A stretch of DNA of 36,739 nucleotides from a virus (lineage: Duplodnaviria; Caudoviricetes), in IMG/VR virus record IMGVR_UViG_3300020171_000079. One strand, given 5' to 3'. The notes under the pieces are model-generated. The model had not been told where the DNA came from. It searched no databases and worked only from the letters and a program-made list of their open reading frames with translations. Shown in pieces: positions 7,163-14,355 of this stretch. Position numbers and translations under genes: made by a program. Position 1 is the stretch's first letter. Each line of letters starts with the position of its first letter.

Positions 7163-8233
7163 TTAGTCCTCTGCCCCTATCGGATGTGCTATTTTCCCTA
7201 TCTGCTTTTTGGCGTTCTGCAGTTGCTTCACGGCGTTTGTCGCCCAGTCCACTTCGTCCTGGTGCGTTGCTGTCTTCATTGTGCCCAGTCTGCTGATTAC
7301 GGCCGCGTCTATTGCCCACCAGATTTCGCACCAGCCCAGCTCGTCCAGGCCGGTGATGGTGATTCCCTTTCCTATCAGGCCGTCTGCTTCTTGCTCCGCT
7401 CCGTCTTCCGCTTTGTTTCCGCGGATCGCGCTTCTTTTGCGCCCTGCCTCGTAGCCCTGTTCGTATCCGGCTATCGTGGCGTTGTCGCGCTGTTCTTCCG
7501 CTTCCTCCTCCGCGATTTCCCTGCCGTGTTCCAGCCCTGTTTCGTAGGCTGCTTTTACCCGCTCTGTCTGTGTGTCGCTCGGTTTTGCGTGTTTGTTCAG
7601 CCTGCCGTTGAACGTGTCCTCCGGCTCTTTGAAATTCTTGTCCATTCTTTCCCTCGCTTCCAGTGCGTCCAGCTCCTTCTGCTCCGCTGTCGTGATTGCG
7701 CCGTGGTTGTACTGGTGGATGAGATGTTCTTTTCTGGTTCTCTCCGGCTCGCGCTCCGTGTCTTCGTATGCTTTCCGCTCTTTGGCGATTTGCGCGTCCT
7801 GCTCCGGTGTCGGCAGTCCTTCGTCTTCCGGCTCCTGCTTTATCAGGGCGTCTGTGTGGTAGTAGCCTGCCCTGGTGCGGTATCCGTTGCAGGCCTCGTG
7901 CGGTTTCTCGTAGGTGACCGTGGCCTTGTCGCCCATCAGTTGCGTTACCGTTCCGCTCTGTCCTCTGCGGTTGTAGGGGTCTGTGGTCAGCTGTGGGTCT
8001 ACGGTTACGGTGTCGCCGACTTTGATGGTGTTGCGCGCCGCCGCTTTGTCTGTTTCGTGGTTTATCATTTCTTCCTCGCTTTCCGCCTTCCGGCGGTCTC
8101 CTTCCTTCCGTGCCTCGTTCCACTTCAGCGTGTGCAGTCTCCCTTCTCCCGCCAGGCTTAGGTAGCGGTTGTGTTTCGCTTCTTCCAGCCATTTGATTTC
8201 GCTTTTTGTCTTTGTTCCGCTTCTGTCTTCCAT
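7163..8233 (-). CDS. First early gene, acidic 356-aa protein with an SH3/KOW-like segment
   Basis: GAGAGGA SD; IKVGDTVTV...GQSGTVTQLMGDKATVTY resembles a KOW/SH3 beta-barrel; directly after promoter P1. Confidence 0.7.
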   Translation of the reverse strand: MEDRSGTKTKSEIKWLEEAKHNRYLSLAGEGRLHTLKWNEARKEGDRRKAESEEEMINHETDKAAARNTIKVGDTVTVDPQLTTDPYNRRGQSGTVTQLMGDKATVTYEKPHEACNGYRTRAGYYHTDALIKQEPEDEGLPTPEQDAQIAKERKAYEDTEREPERTRKEHLIHQYNHGAITTAEQKELDALEARERMDKNFKEPEDTFNGRLNKHAKPSDTQTERVKAAYETGLEHGREIAEEEAEEQRDNATIAGYEQGYEAGRKRSAIRGNKAEDGAEQEADGLIGKGITITGLDELGWCEIWWAIDAAVISRLGTMKTATHQDEVDWATNAVKQLQNAKKQIGKIAHPIGAED

Positions 8234-8306
8234 TTTGTCCTCTCTTTCGTCCGCTTCTGTCCGCTCGGCTTCGTTCTTTCCGGCGTCCTGTCGTCCGCTG
8301 CTGTTG

Positions 8307-8337
8307 TATTATGTGTTGCTTTTGCCCTCTTGTCCAG
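8307..8337 (-). promoter_or_regulatory. Phage promoter P1: CTGGACAA-N13-ACACATAATA
   Basis: Repeated motif with fixed spacing, ~75 bp upstream of the first early gene. Confidence 0.8.
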
Positions 8338-8410
8338 TCGGGTTTGTTCGAGCCTTTGTCCCGAGCCTTGCCCCCCTTGTCTTTCGCGCGTCTTGTTTCG
8401 CGTGCGTGCG

Positions 8411-8480
8411 TTGTTCTGTTCTTAGTTCTGTTCTGTTCTGTTCTCTTTGTTCTGTTCTTTCTCTTTGTTGTTGTTGTTGT
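8411..8480. repeat. Low-complexity (GTTCT)n and (TTG)n tandem repeats
   Basis: gttctgttcttagttctgttctgttctgttct... and ttgttgttgttgttg directly visible. Confidence 0.8.
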
Positions 8481-8644
8481 CTCTTTATTTATTCTATCTC
8501 TATTGTTCTCGCTGTTTACTGCTGGCTCCCGCCCGGCTCCCGCCTTTCGGCTTTCGCTCGCCTTTCTTTTTCCCTTCGGTGCGCCGGCCGCTGCTTCGGG
8601 GAGTTCGTTGGGGTACGATTTGCCCTCTTTTTTGGCTCTGTCCT

Positions 8645-8672
8645 TCGGAAAGTAAAATATGTTATGTAAACT
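8645..8672 (+). other. Degenerate dif-like site (perfect XerD arm TTATGTAAACT)
   Basis: TCGGAAAGTAA-AATATG-TTATGTAAACT; the XerC arm is poor. Confidence 0.45.
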
Positions 8673-8700
8673 TTTCCCTGTTCGTGCACCCTTCGTGAAA

Positions 8701-8829
8701 GGGTATTAAGGGGTATTAAGTAGTATTTGCCCTTGAAAGTCCTTGCCCTGTCGGCATTTTCGTGGGCTCTCCGGTCTCTAAAAGTTTACATAATCAACAT
8801 TATCACAACTTGGGCTTGAAAGTCCTTGC
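8701..8829. repeat. Direct repeats GGGTATTAAG x2 (8701-8720) and CTTGAAAGTCCTTGC x2 (8732-8746, 8815-8829)
   Basis: Exact repeats visible around the dif-like site. Confidence 0.85.
8783..8810 (-). other. dif-like XerC/XerD recombination site
   Basis: AGTTGTGATAA-TGTTGA-TTATGTAAACT: 11-6-11 layout; right arm identical to the XerD(RipX) arm of Bacillus subtilis dif. Confidence 0.8.
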
Positions 8830-9363
8830 GACGCCTTGATTTTCACGCTCTCCCCGCCGTTATCGCTACTGCCCTGCTTCGCTTGCTGTCTGTTGTGCTC
8901 GCCTTCTCCCGCGTGTCTGTGTCTGCCGTCGCTGTCGTTCGTGCCTCTGTGCTCGACCTCGTGCGTATTACGAACCGGCTCTACCCTGTATTGCCTGCCC
9001 CTGCCCTGTGCTGTGCTGTGTGTAGTGCTGCGATCCTGGTGCTGTCCTTTCGCGGTCGCCGTTGTTCTGCTCATTGCATAGGGGGGGGAGGGGGGTGTCG
9101 GCTCGCCATATAGGGCGCACTGGGTCGAGTGATGAACCGTGGTACACCCCTATAATATGCCATCCAGTGCCAAAGAGGGGGTCTTGACATTGGTTTAATT
9201 TCAAAAGCTATGGGGGGTTTTATGGTTTAAATTTCGCATAATGGTTAAAGTATCGGCTCGTTACTCGTTGAATGGGGGAAAGTGGCTTAAACAGCGAATT
9301 TGAGGGGTTTCTGTTGATTTGTGAGTGAAATCGGGGAATTTATGTTTGGATTTTGATGTTGGG

Positions 9364-9394
9364 CTGGACAAATCCGGTAATCTGACACATAATA
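9364..9394 (+). promoter_or_regulatory. Phage promoter P3: CTGGACAA-N13-ACACATAATA, antisense to the lysis module
   Basis: Third copy of the motif, on the opposite strand. Confidence 0.75.
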
Positions 9395-9474
9395 GAACAG
9401 AATGCGAAAGCGTCTGGGGGGTAGGGGGGTGAGAAAGATTTTCGGTTGTTGCGGGGGTTTTCTTTTTTTTCGTT

Positions 9475-9966
9475 CTACGATTCGGGATTTTCCTTGTCTA
9501 CGAGTTTTTCGTATTCCGGGGAAAGCAGTTTCAGAAAGCGATCCTGATATTTTTTTCGGCTTTCGGTAAGATATTCGTTCTGTTTCGAGAGCACATTTAC
9601 GCGGGCCTTCATGAAAGCGAACATTGCGAGAAACAAGGCCGAGACGCCCTCAAAGATTTTAAGCATCAGTTCTGTGCTGTTGTTCTCTGTTGAGATAATA
9701 TCGCGGCCGGCGCTCTGCGTATTGCTCTTGTCGATTCCGGCTTGAACCTTTGCGGTGGCGTTTGCCTGGGCCTGGAGAGACAGCGAGATATTTCCGAGCT
9801 TAAGCTGAACATCATTGATTCCGGCCTTAATATCGGATAGGCGCTTGTTGGTGCTGTTCTGCTGCTTGGTCATTTCGTTCTTGAATTCGGCGCCGAACCA
9901 TGACCATGCGTGGCATTGTGTTGAAAACAGAGCTATCGCTACCAGATAATATGTAAACTTTTTCAT
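9475..9966 (-). CDS. Signal peptide + coiled coil + C-proximal TM protein, possibly spanin-like
   Basis: MKKFTYYLVAIALFSTQCHA|W leader, coiled coil, hydrophobic IFEGVSALFLAMFAFM; last gene of the lysis cluster. Confidence 0.55.
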   Translation of the reverse strand: MKKFTYYLVAIALFSTQCHAWSWFGAEFKNEMTKQQNSTNKRLSDIKAGINDVQLKLGNISLSLQAQANATAKVQAGIDKSNTQSAGRDIISTENNSTELMLKIFEGVSALFLAMFAFMKARVNVLSKQNEYLTESRKKYQDRFLKLLSPEYEKLVDKENPES

Positions 9967-9968
9967 GG

Positions 9969-10421
9969 TTATATCTCTATCACATAGCCGTCATTTTTCT
10001 TCTTTTTGTGGAAGTAGAAGAACAGTTGGAGCAGGAAGTAAAATATTTTCTTGTCGAACATTTCGAGGAGCCGGCCGGTGAAGGACATGGGGAATTTAAC
10101 CACGCTGTCCAGGAATAGCGCTCCGGCCTCGAGGCATTCGGCCCCGGTCTTTGTTTTGGGGTCTATTTGCCCTATTCCCTTGAAGAATGCCGAGGCTTTG
10201 TCGGCGGCGGCCATAACCGTGGTGACGAAGATGTCGACCATAGCGAATTTTATCTGCATTTGCGCGAGGAAGTCTTTGATGGATCCTTTGACTTTCAGGG
10301 GATTGGCCTTCCAGTCCGTACGGATTTGCAGGAATTTGTTTTTCATTTCTGCCGTGCCGAGCTGCTCTTTCATGTGAGCCACCAAATCTTTCACAATCTT
10401 CATGTCAATTTCAATTTTCAT
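9969..10421 (-). CDS. Hypothetical protein in lysis cluster
   Basis: AAGGAGG SD, ORF in operon. Confidence 0.65.
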   Translation of the reverse strand: MKIEIDMKIVKDLVAHMKEQLGTAEMKNKFLQIRTDWKANPLKVKGSIKDFLAQMQIKFAMVDIFVTTVMAAADKASAFFKGIGQIDPKTKTGAECLEAGALFLDSVVKFPMSFTGRLLEMFDKKIFYFLLQLFFYFHKKKKNDGYVIEI

Positions 10422-10431
10422 AATATCCTCC

Positions 10432-10815
10432 TTAATATGTCCACATCACGGGATTTGGCAAACTGCTGTCTATATCGATATGCAGAAAAGTATCGCCAAT
10501 CCCAGCCCTTCTTACCTCTACGCCATTATACCAATTCATAACAAAATTTACTATCTTCCAGCGCGTAAATGAGCTCACGCATTTTATATCAACCGCCAGT
10601 CCGCGCAAATGGGCGCTGTCCGCCACTCCGCCAATCTTCGCATTATATTCCGGCGTTCTATACCCGCTGGTTATCACTATCGGAAAGCCTAATATCTGCC
10701 TCATAATATCAAGAAAATGAACCATACGATAATCCATATTCTCCTCGCCGGTATCTGGTGATACAAATTCACGATAGGTGAAATGCTTAATCGTCATCCA
10801 TTGTTCTGTCGTCAT
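10432..10815 (-). CDS. Endolysin, peptidase M15 family (Zn D-Ala-D-Ala carboxypeptidase fold)
   Basis: HFTYREF, ITSGYRTPEYNAKIGG, SAHLRGLAVDI, FLHID motifs. Confidence 0.9.
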   Translation of the reverse strand: MTTEQWMTIKHFTYREFVSPDTGEENMDYRMVHFLDIMRQILGFPIVITSGYRTPEYNAKIGGVADSAHLRGLAVDIKCVSSFTRWKIVNFVMNWYNGVEVRRAGIGDTFLHIDIDSSLPNPVMWTY

Positions 10816-10895
10816 TTCAGTAAACTCCTTATTGCGTATACAACAATCAATGCCCCTGCTACACTATACCAAAATTCCGGGATATTGAAAATCAT
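10812..10895 (-). CDS. 27-aa single-TM peptide (MIFNIPEFWYSVAGALIVVYAIRSLLK)
   Basis: Translated by hand; ATGA overlaps with both neighbours exactly fill the gap. Confidence 0.6.
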   Translation of the reverse strand: MIFNIPEFWYSVAGALIVVYAIRSLLK

Positions 10896-11146
10896 TTAAC
10901 CCCCACTGCCTGCTTAATCTTTCCCAAGTCCTCTGATATTTGCTTTATCGTAGTATTGAAGATTTTGTCCAATTCTTTTATGTCAGCCGTGTTGCCGGAT
11001 ATTCGCGCGGAATTGTTGTTTATCCGTTCTTTTACGCCCCCGGTTTTTACCAGAATTGCCCCCGCCGTTGTCGCTAAAACAAGTATCAGCATAAGCCACG
11101 GGGCGTAACCGTTCAATTTAAGTGTCGCCATCATCACCTCCATCAA
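10892..11146 (-). CDS. Holin-like single-TM + coiled-coil protein
   Basis: TM YAPWLMLILVLATTAGAILV, upstream of endolysin; true start may be ~11130. Confidence 0.55.
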   Translation of the reverse strand: MMEVMMATLKLNGYAPWLMLILVLATTAGAILVKTGGVKERINNNSARISGNTADIKELDKIFNTTIKQISEDLGKIKQAVGVK

Positions 11147-11300
11147 GTATTTTTTTTATCTCATCGATATCTTTTTTCATATCATCCTTCAGCCGATTAT
11201 AATGACCCGTCAATTCCTTGTAAATAACATTCCCCATATCGAGGCGTTCGAGGGCCTTCTCTATTTTTTCCAACCGTTCCCGTATTTCGTCGGCAATCAC
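11118..11300 (-). CDS. Small coiled-coil hypothetical protein
   Basis: GTG start overlapping the HNH stop, GGAG SD. Confidence 0.55.
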   Translation of the reverse strand: MIADEIRERLEKIEKALERLDMGNVIYKELTGHYNRLKDDMKKDIDEIKKILDGGDDGDT

Positions 11301-11647
11301 GTTTCTAAATCTCCGTCAATAATCTTCGCGTTTTTCATTCTTTTTCTAAACCATTCGGCGTCTTCCCGAACAAAAGGATTATATGTTTTGTAGTTTCCAA
11401 AGTGTCCAAAAATCAAATGACACCGACTGCAAAGCGTTATTAGGTTGCTCGGCTCAAGCTCCAGCGACTTATCCTCTGCGTAAGGAATTATATGATGAAC
11501 CTGTAATTTTTTCTTACTACCGCAAACCTCGCAAACAGGATGAGCTTTTAAGTATGCTTTTCTAACTTTACTCCATTGAGATGCCCTCGCCGCAATAGAA
11601 AATAAGGCAAGAAAAAATAATGCTAAAAGAGTAAATAGTTTTTTCAT
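11297..11647 (-). CDS. HNH endonuclease with N-terminal signal peptide/TM
   Basis: CEVCG...VHHIIP...NLITLCSRCH motif; MKKLFTLLALFFLALFSIAARA leader. Confidence 0.85.
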   Translation of the reverse strand: MKKLFTLLALFFLALFSIAARASQWSKVRKAYLKAHPVCEVCGSKKKLQVHHIIPYAEDKSLELEPSNLITLCSRCHLIFGHFGNYKTYNPFVREDAEWFRKRMKNAKIIDGDLET

Positions 11648-13872
11648 TGCTTTTCAAGCTCCAGCGTTATAGCAAGATTACTGATAGCAGGGATATTTAT
11701 ACCCACAAGGCATTGGTCTATCCATACTTCGGCATCGTTATTTATACTTTCGTTTGCGTCTATATTTAATCTTCCCTGCGTAACATTGCTCGCCGCTGTC
11801 GTTGATATTGAAATTCCCCCCCACGTGCTATCGCTTGTTAAATTAGTCGCTCCGCTTGTCACTGTTCCGACAAGATTATTGCCTGCGTCAAACAGGTCAA
11901 TATACAATCGTATATTAGTAGTGGTGGCGTAATTCGTCCTGAACCAAGCCGATACAGTATAGGTTTCCGTCGCTGTTATTGTGACCGTGGAATATGCTAT
12001 CCACCTGCCAGAATAGGAAGTCGTTAAATTATCAAAGCGGCAGGAATAAGTTCCTTTGTGCGCAAAATCTGATTGCCTGCCTATACTCTCCGCTGTTCCT
12101 AATTCTGTCCACGATGAACCCGCTACGCCTGTTTGAGAGTCCTCAAATCCGGCGTTCCATACCATTAAGTTTGTCGGAGTTGCTATATCGTCTATGTGAT
12201 AATTTATTATATCGCATTTATTAAAAACCACGCTCGTTGATAATTCTACGCAATCAGCTCCCACCGGAATTGTGAACGCCGCTATCTCAAGATTATCCTG
12301 ATTTCCGACGTGTATAATAGTATCTGTTGTTCCTGTCGACCCCTGCATAATATACGCTTTTGTAAGGGTGTAGGTATCCGGCAAAAGTCTAAAATCACTT
12401 CCCCAACTATCTCCGGTAAAAGATGAGAGTTCTCCCACTTTTGAGAAATAAACATATCGCTTTTGAACATTGTCAACGACATTATTTGCGTCGGTATCAT
12501 AGACGGCTTTTGTCATATCACCTGAACCGCCGCCGATTGCGTCCGTCGCCTTCATTATAGCGTAATCCGTGTAGCCCTTTGTTGAGGCGTCGCCGTTGTT
12601 TACGGGGGATGTGGAGATGTTTGTGATTTTTCCTTCGTTCATACTTAGAGTTAAATTGGGGTCAAATTCCACATTTTTTAGAAAAACGCATCCGTCAGAT
12701 GTGATATATAAACCTGCTGTATCCTCGCCATAAAGTATTAACTGCCCAGAACTAATTACTTTTAATCCCTCACTGTCCACCGTAATTGTTCCGCCAAAAC
12801 CACTATACTTGTCTTTTAACATCAGCGATTTTCTGTTGCTCATCGGATTCGCATATCCTTCTATAATTAAATCTCCGCTCATCGTATCGCCCATAGTAGA
12901 AACAAAAGCGTCGTAATTCCTGCCGGCAAGTAATTCGCTGTCCGCGGCTTTCGCTGTTACTCCAAGTTTATATTCATTCAAATATGTGAATGTCGCCTGC
13001 AACGCCGCATAGGTTGTTCCCGTTGAATACGCTATATTGTTTTCTCTCGCAACCGCCCTTGCTATCTCCGCCGTCAATGCCGCCGCCGTAGAATTTATCG
13101 CCGCATAATTCGTGCCCGTTGAAACACGCAAATCAGCAACGCCCGATGTATTCAAATCTATTGCCGTTTTATTTGTTCCTGTGCCTACGGCTATATCATT
13201 TTCCCTATCGGTCGCCCTTGTAATCTCCGCGGAGAGAGCCGCACCTGTTGACTGCAATGCCGCATATATTGTGCCTGTGCTTACGCCGAGTGCCTCTATC
13301 GCGTCATCATTATTTGATATTTGTGTTTGCAAACTGTCTATCTGCCCGCTTATAACTCCCGTAGAATAACCGAGGTCGCTATCACCTGTCTGCCTGTCAG
13401 ATATTTCGGTAGTAAGGTCAGTCCCCAATGTCGTGGTATCTATGGCTACATTCCCGAAGTTTGTATCGGTATCCGTAATTTCCGCGTTCAGCGCCGCCTT
13501 TATCGTGCCGGTATCCACTCCCACGGAAACAAGCCGCGCCTCTGCGATGTCTAAGTCCGTTTGTATATTTCCGGTGGATACTGCTATGTCATTCTCTCTT
13601 GCGGTTGCTCTTGCTATTTCAGATGTTAGGTTATCCGCTCCTGCGAATGCCGCCGTTGAGGTTATGATTGTGCCGTCCTGCAGTCGTATCTGCCATGATG
13701 ATATCGCTACGCCATATGTATATGTTGACGGGCCTATGAAGAATCTGCCGGCCACATGGTAATCGACAGTTGTCGGTGTGGTAGTGTCGTTGTAAACGGG
13801 CTGATAAAATGAGTCAGACCATGCCGATAATATCGCTACAGATAAAAATAAACCGAGCAGTATTTTTTTCAT
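11644..13872 (-). CDS. Fibre/adhesin-like protein with signal peptide, coiled-coil repeats and a C-terminal CBM4/9-like domain
   Basis: Leader MKKILLGLFLSVAILSAWS; repeats L..EI.RA..REN.IA..TGT; GDASTKGYTD fibre motif; NLMVWNAGFE...YTVSAWFRT...VWIDQ CBM-like C-terminus. Confidence 0.65.
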   Translation of the reverse strand: MKKILLGLFLSVAILSAWSDSFYQPVYNDTTTPTTVDYHVAGRFFIGPSTYTYGVAISSWQIRLQDGTIITSTAAFAGADNLTSEIARATARENDIAVSTGNIQTDLDIAEARLVSVGVDTGTIKAALNAEITDTDTNFGNVAIDTTTLGTDLTTEISDRQTGDSDLGYSTGVISGQIDSLQTQISNNDDAIEALGVSTGTIYAALQSTGAALSAEITRATDRENDIAVGTGTNKTAIDLNTSGVADLRVSTGTNYAAINSTAAALTAEIARAVARENNIAYSTGTTYAALQATFTYLNEYKLGVTAKAADSELLAGRNYDAFVSTMGDTMSGDLIIEGYANPMSNRKSLMLKDKYSGFGGTITVDSEGLKVISSGQLILYGEDTAGLYITSDGCVFLKNVEFDPNLTLSMNEGKITNISTSPVNNGDASTKGYTDYAIMKATDAIGGGSGDMTKAVYDTDANNVVDNVQKRYVYFSKVGELSSFTGDSWGSDFRLLPDTYTLTKAYIMQGSTGTTDTIIHVGNQDNLEIAAFTIPVGADCVELSTSVVFNKCDIINYHIDDIATPTNLMVWNAGFEDSQTGVAGSSWTELGTAESIGRQSDFAHKGTYSCRFDNLTTSYSGRWIAYSTVTITATETYTVSAWFRTNYATTTNIRLYIDLFDAGNNLVGTVTSGATNLTSDSTWGGISISTTAASNVTQGRLNIDANESINNDAEVWIDQCLVGINIPAISNLAITLELEKQ

Positions 13873-13881
13873 ATATATCTC

Positions 13882-14172
13882 CTATAGCGGCTTCGCAAGC
13901 GACCACCCAATCCACATTTCCAAAGTGCCCTCCGTTCCCCGGGAGGTGTTAAAAAATATCCTTACTTTTGTGGCGTCTCCGCCGGAACATATCGCCTGTA
14001 TTTGAGCGGTCGTCAGGCGTCTTATTTCGCCCCCGTCAAGTCTGGCTTTTAGTGATGCTATTTCCGCATCCGCGCGGTCGAGAGCTGCGTCAAACAGGGC
14101 TTTCTCTGCTTCGCCGGATGTGCCGTACGCCGGCTTTCTAAAATATCCGTTAGTCGTGTCGATGCCTGCCAT
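13882..14172 (-). CDS. Small tail-associated hypothetical protein
   Basis: AAGGAGG SD; N-terminal YFRKPAYG resembles fibre-anchor segments. Confidence 0.6.
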   Translation of the reverse strand: MAGIDTTNGYFRKPAYGTSGEAEKALFDAALDRADAEIASLKARLDGGEIRRLTTAQIQAICSGGDATKVRIFFNTSRGTEGTLEMWIGWSLAKPL

Positions 14173-14184
14173 ATTCCGCCTCCT

Positions 14185-14352
14185 TTATTTTACTACCCAG
14201 CTTATAACAGATTTTACTGTCTTTGTCCATTTATCGATTACACCGTCTGGTGAAAACCAACCGGATATAAACCACTGCCCCGTGAACCAGCCGCCTCTTT
14301 TGCTCAACGGCCAGTCAGTCGTGTCGCGGGTTGTTATTGTCCATAGTGCCAT
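14185..14352 (-). CDS. 55-aa Trp-rich peptide (MALWTITTRDTTDWPLSKRGGWFTGQWFISGWFSPDGVIDKWTKTVKSVISWVVK)
   Basis: Translated by hand; GAGGAG SD; fills the gap between the giant gene and 14172. Confidence 0.65.
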   Translation of the reverse strand: MALWTITTRDTTDWPLSKRGGWFTGQWFISGWFSPDGVIDKWTKTVKSVISWVVK

Positions 14353-14355
14353 ATT

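Noticed and set aside
6617-8161. 514-aa + strand ORF (and 8169..8698, 8826..9113 + ORFs)
   Set aside because: Shadow ORFs caused by the lack of A (hence of stop codons) on the + strand; Cys/Leu/Phe/Arg-rich low-complexity translation, antisense to real genes.
7062-8192. 5' part of the 455-aa minus-strand ORF overlapping the first early gene
   Set aside because: Arg/Gly-rich frame explained by T-depletion; it runs through the hammerhead, and only the last 78 aa have their own SD and look protein-like.
9220-9258. ATTTCGCATAA resembling a XerC arm
   Set aside because: No XerD arm at 6-8 bp spacing.
9086-9426. KOPS-like GGGNAGGG octamers near the dif-like site
   Set aside because: They point away from the dif site and are expected by chance within G-runs.
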